Assembly: GCA_001189195.1 (NCBI GenBank) | Contig: LFCQ01000006.1 | Span: forward strand, 56,841-120,840 | Origin: Parcubacteria bacterium C7867-007 | Lineage (GTDB): Bacteria > Patescibacteriota > Minisyncoccia > Phycocordibacterales > Phycocordibacteraceae | DNA length: 64,000 nt | Direction: 5' to 3' | Part shown: positions 1-9,314 of the stretch, piece by piece | Layout: the number at the start of each line of letters is the position of its first letter | How positions within the stretch are numbered: position 1 is the stretch's first letter | Made by a program: the position numbers and the translations under genes | The notes under the pieces: generated by a model | Database searches by the model: none | What the model saw: the letters and a program-made list of their open reading frames with translations, nothing else | What the model was told of the DNA's origin: nothing

Positions 1-22
1 TGCGATCTACGTCGCAGTTGCG

Positions 23-376
23 TTGCTCCTGTTCACTAACGGAGGAGCTACGTTTGCTGGGTACGCTCTCTCGAGAGAACGCACTCGAGAGAAGTATATG
101 CACATGGAGATATGGGGAAGGACCTCCTTCATCTACAATCTTCTCCTGCTCATAGTGGTGGTGAGTGCGCAGTATGTCATCGTACAAGGCAGACCCTCGA
201 CGCTGTTCTGGGTGCTTCTTGGGTTTGCGACCATCACGGTGATCTTGTCGTCAGTCCTGGTGTTCTTCAAGAAGTGGGCGGATCGAAACCGTCTCCACAG
301 AAAAGTCGCTGTTCCCTATGCGCTCATTGCGCTTGTGGCGGCCATCACGGGAGTGATGTTTGCATACCGGCTCTGA
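23..376 (+). CDS. hypothetical membrane protein (3 predicted TM segments)
   Basis: ORF with hydrophobic segments; convergent terminator hairpin downstream. Confidence 0.4.
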   Translation: MLLFTNGGATFAGYALSRERTREKYMHMEIWGRTSFIYNLLLLIVVVSAQYVIVQGRPSTLFWVLLGFATITVILSSVLVFFKKWADRNRLHRKVAVPYALIALVAAITGVMFAYRL

Positions 377-377
377 A

Positions 378-409
378 AGAAGCCGCCTGCGCGTAGCGCA
401 GGCGGCTTC
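378..409. terminator. bidirectional intrinsic terminator hairpin (GAAGCCGCCTGCGC/GCGCAGGCGGCTTC)
   Basis: perfect GC-rich inverted repeat between convergent genes. Confidence 0.6.
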
Positions 410-426
410 AAATCATTTCATACTAC

Positions 427-900
427 TTACTTCTGCTCTTCTTCGGCAGCAGGTGCAATGATCTCCTCATTAATTGTTTTGCGGAGTTCATTAAATTCAT
501 GGGTTAGCATAGCGAGCTTTTCATCTGTGCCGTCTTCAATATCAATGAATTCATCACGTGCAGGACCACTAGCACGAATGATCTCATCAAGCTTTAGATG
601 AATGGCATGAGCATCACGGTTCTGTGTGTTCTGAATAAGGAACACCATAAGGAAGGTGAGTATGGTCGTTCCGGTGTTAATCACCAGTTGCCACGTATTT
701 GAGAAGTTGAACAACGGACCACTTGCTGCCCATATCAGAACAAACAGAATGGCAACAAAGAAGCCCATGGGCGAGCCGGCAATACGACTCGTCTTCTGTG
801 CAGCTCTCCGGAAGATGTCATTCATGATGTTGTCAGTACCGTGCTTAAGATCCGCGCTCGAAACACTTGCAGCTTCCTGCAAACAGCTTTGCCACACCAA
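427..900 (-). CDS. low-affinity iron permease (Fet4-like, PF04120-type) family membrane protein; true start possibly M at 825
   Basis: motif SGPLFNFSNTWQLVINTGTTILTFLMVFLIQNTQNRD typical of this family. Confidence 0.5.
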   Translation of the reverse strand: MVWQSCLQEAASVSSADLKHGTDNIMNDIFRRAAQKTSRIAGSPMGFFVAILFVLIWAASGPLFNFSNTWQLVINTGTTILTFLMVFLIQNTQNRDAHAIHLKLDEIIRASGPARDEFIDIEDGTDEKLAMLTHEFNELRKTINEEIIAPAAEEEQK

Positions 901-1199
901 TCAAGATGATAAGGGTTGGCCAAACGATACGAATGATATCTGCACCAAGGTACCCCATGTTTCCTGCAAGGAAGGAACCTCCAAATAGGATGATAAGGAT
1001 TGGCTGTACTAAATGGTGAGGGCAGCGGCACGCAGAGGTCGTATTGAGATGGTTCATGAACTGAAATTATGTGGGTATACGCTAAGAATAGCAGGGTATG
1101 AGCTGCTGCTTCTGAATCAGGTGGATAGTCTTTAAGATTGAAAAAATGACGGAATTGGGTAGGATGAGCAGAACGGACCAAGTTGGTTCGTTTTCGTTC

Positions 1200-1271
1200 G
1201 CCGATGTAGCTCAGGGGTAGAGCAACTCCATGGTAAGGAGTAGGTCGGCAGTTCAATTCTGCCCATCGGCT
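1200..1271 (+). tRNA. tRNA-Thr (anticodon GGT), no encoded CCA
   Basis: cloverleaf: acceptor GCCGATG/CATCGGC, D arm GCTC-AGGGGTA-GAGC, anticodon loop ATGGTAA, T arm GGCAG-TTCAATT-CTGCC. Confidence 0.8.
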
Positions 1272-1276
1272 CTCGT

Positions 1277-1918
1277 ATGACAGAGCCTAAAACAAAGGAG
1301 CACCCATTCACTGGTAAGACTGGAAGGATCTTGGTGTTGGTATTCACCCTCCTCTATATAGCTGCAGCCGGTATCTATTTCTTTACGACCGGTGTGCAGG
1401 AATTTACTCTGTACCTTGCAGTGCTTCTTGCGCTGGTAGGACTTGTTGCATGGACACTTCCCAGAACTAAGTTGCCGGTATGGGCCCTCTGGTTACTCTC
1501 GATTCTAGGGCTTCTCCATGCACTTGGCGGAGGTGTGCAAGTGAACGGTGATGTACTTTATAACCTCATTCTCATTCCGATCATAGATAATGGTTTGAAT
1601 GGAATCACCATCTGGCGCTTTGATCAGCTGGTACACCCTTATGGCACTGCGGTCGGTGCACTCATTGCATACTTTTTCATAGCTCGACACGCAACCCTTC
1701 CGCGCCTCTGGATGGTACTTCTTGCCGTATTCGTTGCAATGGGTCTCGGTGCACTCAATGAGGTGATCGAATTCATCACCAAACTCAGCATCCCAAATAC
1801 CGATGTGGGAGGATATAACAACACGGCAATTGACCTCTGCACTAATGCCATCGGTGCGGTTATCGGTGCTGCGATAGCGGCACTTACGTGGGGAAAGAAA
1901 CCACCGCTTGATACTTAA
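1277..1918 (+). CDS. hypothetical polytopic membrane protein
   Basis: 213-aa ORF with multiple hydrophobic helices between two tRNA-Thr genes. Confidence 0.45.
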   Translation: MTEPKTKEHPFTGKTGRILVLVFTLLYIAAAGIYFFTTGVQEFTLYLAVLLALVGLVAWTLPRTKLPVWALWLLSILGLLHALGGGVQVNGDVLYNLILIPIIDNGLNGITIWRFDQLVHPYGTAVGALIAYFFIARHATLPRLWMVLLAVFVAMGLGALNEVIEFITKLSIPNTDVGGYNNTAIDLCTNAIGAVIGAAIAALTWGKKPPLDT

Positions 1919-1955
1919 GTATTTTCTCGGTACATTTTGAAAACACAGTAGATAT

Positions 1956-2031
1956 GCCGAGGTAGCTCAGTTGGTAGAGCAATTGCATCGTAAGCAATGG
2001 GTCGGGAGTTCAAGTCTCCCCCTCGGCTCCA
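1956..2031 (+). tRNA. tRNA-Thr (anticodon CGT) with encoded CCA
   Basis: acceptor GCCGAGG/CCTCGGC, anticodon loop ATCGTAA, T arm GGGAG-TTCAAGT-CTCCC, 3' TCCA. Confidence 0.8.
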
Positions 2032-2035
2032 GAAG

Positions 2036-2065
2036 AAAAACTGACTCTAATTAGAGTCAGTTTTT
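2036..2065 (+). terminator. intrinsic terminator (AAAAACTGACTCTAATTAGAGTCAGTTTTT)
   Basis: perfect hairpin flanked by A-run and T-run. Confidence 0.65.
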
Positions 2066-2118
2066 CTTTATCTCCACCACACCGTCCTCTGATCACTGTT
2101 CCGCTATTCTGCTTCTAC

Positions 2119-2186
2119 GCCGGTGGCAGGTTTGCAGTGGTCCCCCTCATCAAGGTACCTTTGAGGGTTCAATTCCCTCCACCGGC
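2119..2186 (+). other. 68-nt tRNA-derived palindromic element, copy 1 (GCCGGTGG...GAGGG-TTCAATT-CCCTC-CACCGGC)
   Basis: 8-nt 5' arm complementary to 3' end plus a T-arm-like hairpin; same 68-nt length and same ends as copy at 42282-42349; middle does not fold as a canonical cloverleaf. Confidence 0.5.
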
Positions 2187-2312
2187 ACAAGAATGTTGAC
2201 GAATTTATCATTGAGCAATAATATTATTAGCGATGAGGGGCACCTGCAAATAAGCAAGAGTACTGGGAAAGGCGGCCGAAAGGTCGTTTTTCTTTTTTGC
2301 TATACTCACCCC

Positions 2313-3194
2313 ATGAGTCCTGAGGAACGCCTAGCAGAAATAGAAGAGCTAATGATGTCTCCAACTTTCTGGAGCGATAAGGAGGCTGCACAGAAAGTAG
2401 TACGTGAATACCAATCCCTTAAAGAGGGAGGTTCTGGTGATGGACATGATGGTGGTTCCGCAACCCTGGCTATTCTTGCGGGAGCAGGGGGTGATGATGC
2501 TGAAGACTTCGCACGCATGTTACGTGGGATGTATGAAGGCTATGCAGATGAAAAAGGATGGAGTGTACGTGAGCTCCATGCCAACGAGAATAATCATGGA
2601 GGGTACCGTAACCTACTCCTTGATATAGACGGGAGGGGTGCATACGGACGCTTGAAGCATGAGTCTGGGGTGCACCGTCTTGTACGTATCTCCCCCTTTA
2701 ATGCCAACGATAAACGACAGACATCTTTTGCGCTTGTGGAGGTCTTGCCCGTACTAGCACCAAACGAGCAGACAGCACTCAATCCAGAAGATCTTGAGGT
2801 CACCTTTGCACGTTCTGGTGGAGCGGGAGGACAGAATGTGAACAAACGAGAGACTGCTGTACGTATTACCCACACCCCAACAGGAATTTCTGTACACGTA
2901 TCTAGTGAGCGTAGTCAGCAAGCAAATAGGGACAAGGCTGTTTCACTTATCCAGGCAAAGATATTCGCACGCGAAGAAGAGAAACGTGATGCAGAAGCAA
3001 AGGGACGTTCTATCGCAGCAACCACAGCGAATGAGTGGGGCAGTCAGATACGTTCCTATGTATTGCACCCATACAAAATGGTAAAAGATCACATAACCGG
3101 CCACGAATCACATGATCCAGAGGCTGTTTTGGCGGGAGATCTGGATGCGTTTATTGACGCATCCACAAATTCTGGGCAAGAGGGTGAAGGGTAG
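2313..3194 (+). CDS. prfB: peptide chain release factor 2 (no programmed frameshift; N-terminally short)
   Basis: SPF and GGQ motifs; aligns to RF2 from about residue 28 of B. subtilis RF2; TATACT box 12 nt upstream of ATG. Confidence 0.85.
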   Translation: MSPEERLAEIEELMMSPTFWSDKEAAQKVVREYQSLKEGGSGDGHDGGSATLAILAGAGGDDAEDFARMLRGMYEGYADEKGWSVRELHANENNHGGYRNLLLDIDGRGAYGRLKHESGVHRLVRISPFNANDKRQTSFALVEVLPVLAPNEQTALNPEDLEVTFARSGGAGGQNVNKRETAVRITHTPTGISVHVSSERSQQANRDKAVSLIQAKIFAREEEKRDAEAKGRSIAATTANEWGSQIRSYVLHPYKMVKDHITGHESHDPEAVLAGDLDAFIDASTNSGQEGEG

Positions 3195-3211
3195 GGTATA
3201 ATGACCCGGTC

Positions 3212-3892
3212 ATGATCTATTTCGACAAGGTGACCAAGCTATACCGAGACGGGACTCCCGCTCTTGAAGACATCACCCTATCGATTGCTCCTAAGGAATT
3301 CGTTTCTATCGTTGGTCACTCAGGCGCAGGCAAGACCACTCTCCTTAAAATGCTTCTTGCAGAAGACGCACCGACAGAAGGCACGGTCTATTTTGAATCA
3401 ACAGATGTGCACTCGCTCCCAAAGAGCCTTCTGCATCACTACCGTCGCAAGATTGGTATGGTCTTCCAAGACTTCCGTCTCATTCCAAACAAGACTGCGT
3501 ACGAGAACATTGCTTTTGCTATGGAAGCAGCAGGTCGTCATGATGATGAGATCGCTTCAGATGTACCTCATATTCTTGATCTGGTAGATCTTGGTAGCAA
3601 GGGAGGACACTTCCCGCACCAGCTTTCAGGAGGAGAGCAACAGCGTGTGGCTATTGGTCGTGCAATCGTAAACCAGCCAGATGTGATTGTGGCTGATGAG
3701 CCAACGGGGAACCTAGATCCGGTAAATACCTACGAGATCGTGGAGATTCTAAAGAAGGTTAACGAACTGGGAACAACGGTGCTTATCACCACACACAATA
3801 AAGGTGTGGTGGACGCGATGGGTAAGCGCGTTATTACTATGGAGCGTGGACGCATAACCCGTGATGATGCGCACGGCCAATATATTCTTTAG
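3212..3892 (+). CDS. ftsE: cell division ATP-binding protein FtsE
   Basis: Walker [13 protein letters not shown] signature LSGGEQQR, Walker B; TATAAT 9 nt upstream of ATG. Confidence 0.85.
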   Translation: MIYFDKVTKLYRDGTPALEDITLSIAPKEFVSIVGHSGAGKTTLLKMLLAEDAPTEGTVYFESTDVHSLPKSLLHHYRRKIGMVFQDFRLIPNKTAYENIAFAMEAAGRHDDEIASDVPHILDLVDLGSKGGHFPHQLSGGEQQRVAIGRAIVNQPDVIVADEPTGNLDPVNTYEIVEILKKVNELGTTVLITTHNKGVVDAMGKRVITMERGRITRDDAHGQYIL

Positions 3893-3895
3893 CGT

Positions 3896-4807
3896 ATGAT
3901 GATGACTCTTAAGCGAATCTTTTCAGCAGGCGCGACCTCCTTTACGCGCAGTGGTCTCGTATCCTTCGCGACAGTGCTCATCATGACGGTGACACTCATC
4001 ATAATTGGGTCACTTGTTCTTCTCTCAGCCGTGCTTAGCGACACCCTCAGTTCTATTCAAAAGAAGGTAGATGTAAACATATATTTTCTAACTACCGCAG
4101 AAGAAAGTCAGGTGCTTGCCGTAAAGACTCGTCTTGAACAGCGCCCCGAAGTAGATGAGGTTACCTATACTTCCCGAGACCAGTCTCTTCTAGATTTCCG
4201 TAATGATAATAAAGATGATGTTCTCACCCTCCAGGCACTTGATCAGCTGGGAGACAATCCACTCGGCGCAGCCCTCGCTGTACGTGCAAAGGATCCTACC
4301 CAATACGCAGCACTCGTACAATTCCTTGCAGATGATGCAGCCGCAAACAGTATTATTGATCGTATTAATTACGGTAGGAACAAGGTAGTTATCGAAAGAC
4401 TCAGCAATGCAATAGATGCAACGCAGACGGCAGGTTTTGCAATTGTTCTCCTCTTTGTGATCTCTTCAGTAATCATCGCGCTTGCGACCGTTCGTCTCGC
4501 TATATATAGTGCCCGTGATGAAATTGCTGTCATGAGACTCGTGGGTGCTTCAAATATGTACATCCGTGGCCCATTTATTGTTGCCGGAATTATTGCTGGC
4601 CTTATCTCTGGCCTCATTGCACTTGCATTCTTCTTCCCAGTTTCCTGGTATGTGGGGCAGGCCTCTGTTGGTTGGCTTGATGGATTCAATCTCTTCACGT
4701 ACTACGTGGTTAACTTCCCGTTCCTCTTCTTCGTTATCGTAGGTTCTGGACTAGGGCTTGGTGCAGTTGCTTCATTCTTAGGAGTGCGTAGGTATTTGCA
4801 GGTGTAA
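3896..4807 (+). CDS. ftsX: cell division permease-like protein FtsX
   Basis: 303 aa, N-terminal TM, large extracellular domain and 3 C-terminal TM; follows ftsE. Confidence 0.8.
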   Translation: MMMTLKRIFSAGATSFTRSGLVSFATVLIMTVTLIIIGSLVLLSAVLSDTLSSIQKKVDVNIYFLTTAEESQVLAVKTRLEQRPEVDEVTYTSRDQSLLDFRNDNKDDVLTLQALDQLGDNPLGAALAVRAKDPTQYAALVQFLADDAAANSIIDRINYGRNKVVIERLSNAIDATQTAGFAIVLLFVISSVIIALATVRLAIYSARDEIAVMRLVGASNMYIRGPFIVAGIIAGLISGLIALAFFFPVSWYVGQASVGWLDGFNLFTYYVVNFPFLFFVIVGSGLGLGAVASFLGVRRYLQV

Positions 4808-4810
4808 GGT

Positions 4811-6454
4811 ATGGCACTCGAAGGACACAAATACATATTCGTTCTCGGTGGCGTCATGTCGGGCGTTGGTAAGGGGGTCGCCACCTCAAGCATGGGACTT
4901 ATCCTGCAGCAGCGTGGATACGGTGTGAACCTCGTAAAGATCGACCCGTATCTAAACGTAGACGCGGGTACCATGAATCCAACAGAGCACGGAGAGGTGT
5001 TTGTACTCAAGAGTGGTCTTGAGACAGATCAGGACATGGGTAACTATGAGCGCTTCCTTAACCGTGATCTAGGGCCGGAAGACTATATGACCTCAGGTAT
5101 GGTGTACCAGACGGTTATCAACCGTGAACGGGCACTGGGATATCACGGAAAGTTTGTTGAAACTATCCCCCATGTTCGAGATGAAATCATTGATCGCCTA
5201 ACCACAGCTGCGGCACATAACGGAAGCCGTATCTCTGTGATCGAGATTGGAGGAACCGTGGGTGATTTTCAGAATGCTCTTTTCATTGATGCTGCTCGTG
5301 TGATGCGTCTCAAGAATCCTAACGATGTTCGCTTTGTCCTTGTTTCGTACCTTCCGGTACCAAACACCATTGGTGAAATGAAGACCAAACCAACACAGAG
5401 TGCAGTGCGTGAACTGAACTCATATGGGGTGCAGCCAGATTTCATCGTTGCTCGATCTAATCATGCGATGGACGAGAAACGCAAAGAGAAACTAGCTATA
5501 TGGTGCAACGTGCAGCCTAACCACATAATCTCTGCGCCGGATGTGGACTCTATCTATGATGTACCACTCAACTTTGAGCAGGATAACCTAGGAGACCTCC
5601 TTCTAGATGCGCTCTCTCTTTCCAAAGAGAAGGTTGCTGATTTCACTGAATGGAATAAGTTTGTCGCAGGAACAAAGGTAAAGGACGCAGAGGTTAAGAT
5701 AGGAATTGTTGGTAAGTATTTTGATACGGGAGACTATATTCTTTCTGATGCATATCTCTCAGTTATTGAGGCACTTAAATTCTCTGGTGCAGAACTAAAA
5801 GTGAAACCAAAGATTGAGTGGATCAATGCAAAGAAGCTTGAAAGCGATGAGGATCTTGAACAGCTCAGCCAATACGATGGCATTATCGTTCCCGGTGGAT
5901 TCGGGGAGACTGGTATTGAAGGGAAGATTCGTGCAGCTCGGTTCTGCCGCGAGAAAAAGATTCCATACTTTGGCCTTTGCTATGGAATGCACATGTTAGT
6001 GATTGAATATGCACGCAATGTTCTGGGTCTTGAGGGTGCACATACGGTAGAGATCAACGCAGAGACAAATTATCCTGTGGTGGATGTGATGCCGGATCAG
6101 AAGGCGCATATCTCTGAAGGGAAGTACGGAGGTACCATGCGTCTTGGCTCATATACAGCAAAGCTTGGTGAAGGAACCATTGCACGTGAGGCATATGGAG
6201 CCGATGCTGTTGAGGAGAGACATCGTCACCGATACGAAATCAATCCTGAATACGTACCACAACTCATTGAGAAAGGTCTGGTGTTCTCTGGTACTAGTCC
6301 CGATGGGGTGCTTATGGAAATTGCTGAACTCCCAAAGAGTGAACACCCGTTCATGCTTGGGTGTCAGTTCCATCCTGAACTCCAGGCTCGTCCTCTTGCA
6401 CCGCACCCACTCTTCACTGCCTTCCTAAGGGCATCCATAGAGAAGAAAGGGTAG
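4811..6454 (+). CDS. pyrG: CTP synthase
   Basis: N-terminal GGVMSGVGKG synthetase motif and C-terminal glutamine amidotransferase domain. Confidence 0.9.
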   Translation: MALEGHKYIFVLGGVMSGVGKGVATSSMGLILQQRGYGVNLVKIDPYLNVDAGTMNPTEHGEVFVLKSGLETDQDMGNYERFLNRDLGPEDYMTSGMVYQTVINRERALGYHGKFVETIPHVRDEIIDRLTTAAAHNGSRISVIEIGGTVGDFQNALFIDAARVMRLKNPNDVRFVLVSYLPVPNTIGEMKTKPTQSAVRELNSYGVQPDFIVARSNHAMDEKRKEKLAIWCNVQPNHIISAPDVDSIYDVPLNFEQDNLGDLLLDALSLSKEKVADFTEWNKFVAGTKVKDAEVKIGIVGKYFDTGDYILSDAYLSVIEALKFSGAELKVKPKIEWINAKKLESDEDLEQLSQYDGIIVPGGFGETGIEGKIRAARFCREKKIPYFGLCYGMHMLVIEYARNVLGLEGAHTVEINAETNYPVVDVMPDQKAHISEGKYGGTMRLGSYTAKLGEGTIAREAYGADAVEERHRHRYEINPEYVPQLIEKGLVFSGTSPDGVLMEIAELPKSEHPFMLGCQFHPELQARPLAPHPLFTAFLRASIEKKG

Positions 6455-6497
6455 CCGTTGATTTTAATAAATATAGTGTTATAGTTACGTTAGAGTC

Positions 6498-6512
6498 GTA
6501 TCAGTTCGATAC
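6498..6512. promoter_or_regulatory. operator-like palindrome GTATC-AGTTC-GATAC upstream of XRE regulator 1
   Basis: inverted repeat 22 nt upstream of TTG start; paralogous site at 7023-7037 carries compensatory changes. Confidence 0.45.
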
Positions 6513-6533
6513 GAAGTATTTGGGGAGAGTGTC

Positions 6534-6914
6534 TTGGACGAAATTGATATCAACCTCGGTCGTCGTTTGCGTCGCCGTCGCCGTCTGTTGGGTCTGACCC
6601 AACAAGAACTCGCACATGCAAGTGGGGTTCGATTTCAGCAGATCCAGAAGTATGAGTGTGCCGCGAACCGCATGAGTGCCGCTCGTCTCTGGCAACTCGC
6701 TGAAGTTCTGGAGGTCCCGGTCTCCTACTTCTACGAGGGCCTCACCCGTAATCAACGGGAAGCTCTGGAACAGGAGACGGTCTCGTCAGCGAACGCAGCC
6801 ATGGCTAGCAAGGAGACGCAGGACCTGATCCATGCGTACTACAAGCTCGGAGAACGTCCTCGGCGACGCCTCCTCGATCTTGCTAAAGCCATGAACGGCG
6901 AGGTCGAAGCGTAG
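6534..6914 (+). CDS. XRE-family HTH transcriptional regulator, PraR/PhrR-like (TTG start, GGAGAG SD)
   Basis: RLRRRRRLLGLTQQELA...GVRFQQIQKYE...SAARLWQLAEVLEVPVSYF; about 60% GC. Confidence 0.75.
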   Translation: MDEIDINLGRRLRRRRRLLGLTQQELAHASGVRFQQIQKYECAANRMSAARLWQLAEVLEVPVSYFYEGLTRNQREALEQETVSSANAAMASKETQDLIHAYYKLGERPRRRLLDLAKAMNGEVEA

Positions 6915-6934
6915 AACACCCAGAAAGAAACACA

Positions 6935-6965
6935 CCGGCGGCCCCAAGGGTCGCCGGTTCTTTTG
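6935..6965 (+). terminator. intrinsic terminator CCGGCGGCCCCAAGGGTCGCCGG + TTCTTTT
   Basis: GC-rich hairpin with T tract; identical copy at 7332-7362. Confidence 0.8.
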
Positions 6966-7022
6966 TGAAAAGAAGGAATCATTGCTTTGAGCAAGAAAAG
7001 TGTTACAGTCCATTCAGGTTTT

Positions 7023-7037
7023 ACATCAGTTCGATGT
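7023..7037. promoter_or_regulatory. operator-like palindrome ACATC-AGTTC-GATGT upstream of XRE regulator 2
   Basis: same architecture and spacing as 6498-6512. Confidence 0.45.
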
Positions 7038-7059
7038 GACGAATGAGCGGGAGAGTGTT

Positions 7060-7308
7060 TTGGAAGATATCAATTTGCATGTCGGAAGGCGTATGCGCAT
7101 ACGCCGTCGTCTGGCAGGTTTCTCTCAGCAACAGGTTGGGGCTAAGTGTGGGGTGACCTTCCAGACGGTCCAAAAGATGGAATCTGGTCAGGTCGACATT
7201 TCGATAAAGCGACTCTGGAAACTCAGTGAGGTATTGGGTGTCCCCATAACCTACTTCTTCGATGGATACGGTGAAACTGATGACGGTTCTCCAGTAACCT
7301 CCTCGTAA
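7060..7308 (+). CDS. XRE-family HTH transcriptional regulator, paralog of 6534..6914 (TTG start; the ORF track extends it to 7000)
   Basis: nucleotide-level conservation with copy 1, including the GGGAGAGTGT-TTG ribosome-binding region. Confidence 0.7.
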   Translation: MEDINLHVGRRMRIRRRLAGFSQQQVGAKCGVTFQTVQKMESGQVDISIKRLWKLSEVLGVPITYFFDGYGETDDGSPVTSS

Positions 7309-7331
7309 CAGCGGTCTTCAAGAAGACTGTG

Positions 7332-7362
7332 CCGGCGGCCCCAAGGGTCGCCGGTTCTTTTT
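7332..7362 (+). terminator. intrinsic terminator, duplicate of 6935-6965
   Basis: identical hairpin CCGGCGGCCCCAAGGGTCGCCGG + T tract. Confidence 0.8.
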
Positions 7363-7485
7363 ATGGGTAACAAACCCCTCCCACATACGTCTTATACAGT
7401 GGATCCCCATAATGGGGGATAATCCAAACTTCATAGTTCACATTGCTATACTTATTAGTATTAAAAGGTTTTAACAGAATCATCC

Positions 7486-7746
7486 ATGTCTCAGAACACC
7501 AAGGTAGCGGTGGCGATAGCAGTGATAGTAGTGCTCGGGGTTGGTGCCTATTATTGGTACCAGCAAATGATGCCGCAGGAGGACAGTACGTTCACCACGG
7601 CAACCAGTACCGCTCCTTCAGGTACGAGCACCACCGATGACAGTCTTCTTGAAGACACCGCTGCTATTGATGCCGAACTTAAGGGTCTCACCGCAGACCA
7701 AGCAACGGTAGAGAGTTCAGTGGATGATTCAGAGAAAACCTATTAG
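7486..7746 (+). CDS. small membrane-anchored protein with Thr/Ser-rich acidic tail
   Basis: N-terminal TM followed by a low-complexity region. Confidence 0.4.
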   Translation: MSQNTKVAVAIAVIVVLGVGAYYWYQQMMPQEDSTFTTATSTAPSGTSTTDDSLLEDTAAIDAELKGLTADQATVESSVDDSEKTY

Positions 7747-7770
7747 CAGTCGCTAATCCACATTCTATAT

Positions 7771-8688
7771 ATGAAAAACATAACCACTCCTGCAGTAGCG
7801 CTCGCGGTACTTATTGCCGCAACTCCATTCGCTGCATTTGCAGAAAGCATGGTAGTAGAGGGTAGTGCGGGCGGAGATCTGCGCATAGACCAGCCGATTA
7901 AAGGTGAAAACATTGCCCCGCTATATATACAGGGGAAGCCAATTATAAAGGTTCGTGAGGGCGCATCTTCAACCATTCAGATACGAGGTGCAGAGAAAGT
8001 TGAACAGAAGCGTCCAGAGCCTGCGATGGTAAAAGCAAAGGTTGCTGCAGCTGCAGATACTGGAATCGATGCACGTATTCAGAAGCTCAATGATGTACTT
8101 ATCCGTTTAGATAAGACTGAACGTCTTTCAGACAGTGCACGTGCATCTATTAAAGCAGCCGTAACTGGCCAGATTCAATCATTGAAAGATGTGAAAGTTA
8201 AGATTGAGACAAACAGCACTAGCACGGTGAAGGAAAGGATGAATACCGCCAATCAACCCTTCCGTGCTGCGGGCCTCATCCTGCCAAAGGCAGCAATCAC
8301 CGCTGCAGCAGATCGCATCATGACGATCGCAGGACAGATGGAAGTATTCTCAGCAAAGATCGAAGCACGTATTGATGCTGCGTCTGCTGCAGGTACCGAT
8401 GTATCAGCGGCACGTACGGCACTTGCAAACTTTGATGCAAAGGTTGCTAGCGCAAAGGTGAATGCACAAGCAGCTGCAAAACTCGTTGCCACTGTTTCTG
8501 CGGACAAAGAAGCGGATGAAGCGACCTTCAAAGCAAATGTTGCAGCACTTAGAGAGGCAAAGTTAAAGATTGATGCGGCACAAGCAGACCTAAAGGCTGC
8601 GCGTACTGAGATCGGTAACCTCCTTAAGAGTATTAAGGGCAAGGGAGAAGTACGTGCTGATGCGTCGGTTAAAGCATCCGCTCAATAA
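7771..8688 (+). CDS. secreted Ala-rich coiled-coil protein
   Basis: signal peptide MKNITTPAVALAVLIAATPFAAFA followed by Ala/Lys-rich heptad-like sequence. Confidence 0.5.
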   Translation: MKNITTPAVALAVLIAATPFAAFAESMVVEGSAGGDLRIDQPIKGENIAPLYIQGKPIIKVREGASSTIQIRGAEKVEQKRPEPAMVKAKVAAAADTGIDARIQKLNDVLIRLDKTERLSDSARASIKAAVTGQIQSLKDVKVKIETNSTSTVKERMNTANQPFRAAGLILPKAAITAAADRIMTIAGQMEVFSAKIEARIDAASAAGTDVSAARTALANFDAKVASAKVNAQAAAKLVATVSADKEADEATFKANVAALREAKLKIDAAQADLKAARTEIGNLLKSIKGKGEVRADASVKASAQ

Positions 8689-8700
8689 CCCCACTCATCC

Positions 8701-9144
8701 ATGTTGGACCTCGCCATAAACTACTACGCGGTACTCGGTGCAGGAATTCTGGGAGTCGTGCTAGGTATGCTTTGGTATGGTCCAATCTTTGGAAAGACCT
8801 GGATGAAAGAAATGGGCGTAACTCCTGAAGAGGTGGCGGCATTCCGTTCAGACAAGAAGAAGATGAACGAGATGAATCGCAACTATGTTATTGTTGCAAT
8901 CTCATCATTCGTACTAGCGTTTGTCTTGAATCTCATCCTTATACTCACCGCTGCATATACGCAAACCTTAAGTCTAACGATTGGTTTGACCGTGTCTTTC
9001 TGGGTATGGATAGGGTTTATTGTCCCCGTTACGCTTAACGGAGTGCTCTGGGAGGGGAAGAGTATTAAATACTGGATCATTGTATCTGGGTATTACCTCG
9101 TCTCGCTCACTCTCATGAGCATGATTCTTGCGTACTGGATGTAG
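8701..9144 (+). CDS. DUF1761-family membrane protein
   Basis: WYGPIFGKTWMKEMG motif, 4 TM segments. Confidence 0.55.
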   Translation: MLDLAINYYAVLGAGILGVVLGMLWYGPIFGKTWMKEMGVTPEEVAAFRSDKKKMNEMNRNYVIVAISSFVLAFVLNLILILTAAYTQTLSLTIGLTVSFWVWIGFIVPVTLNGVLWEGKSIKYWIIVSGYYLVSLTLMSMILAYWM

Positions 9145-9217
9145 TGCGGGTGGCTTGAAAAACAGACCTTTTTCAAGTATCGTCTGTATACCTTCGCGGC
9201 TTCGGCCGCGTTGGCAT

Positions 9218-9291
9218 TGCGGGATCGTCTAATGGTAGGACTACGGTTTCTGGTACCGTCTATCTAGGTTCGAGTCCTAGTCCCGCAGCCA
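9218..9291 (+). tRNA. tRNA-Gln (anticodon CTG) with encoded CCA
   Basis: acceptor TGCGGGA/TCCCGCA, anticodon stem ACGGT/ACCGT with loop TTCTGGT, T arm CTAGG-TTCGAGT-CCTAG. Confidence 0.75.
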
Positions 9292-9314
9292 GTGTTTAGT
9301 GCTACTCTTACAGC

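Noticed and set aside
2153-2164. RF2-like programmed +1 frameshift site (AAGG-UAC-CUU-UGA-G) 150 nt upstream of prfB, in the correct frame relationship
   Set aside because: Using it would add about 50 residues of non-conserved, low-complexity sequence before RF2 homology begins at 2313. The RF2 start at 2313 has its own TATACT box. The site also lies inside the conserved tRNA-like element, and copy 2 has CTCTTGA instead. Most likely coincidental, but checkable by ribosome profiling.
2193-2312. N-terminal extension of prfB to the ORF-track start at 2193
   Set aside because: The translation (FLFCYTHP...) is T-rich promoter sequence with no RF2 homology. A -10 box sits at 2296-2301.
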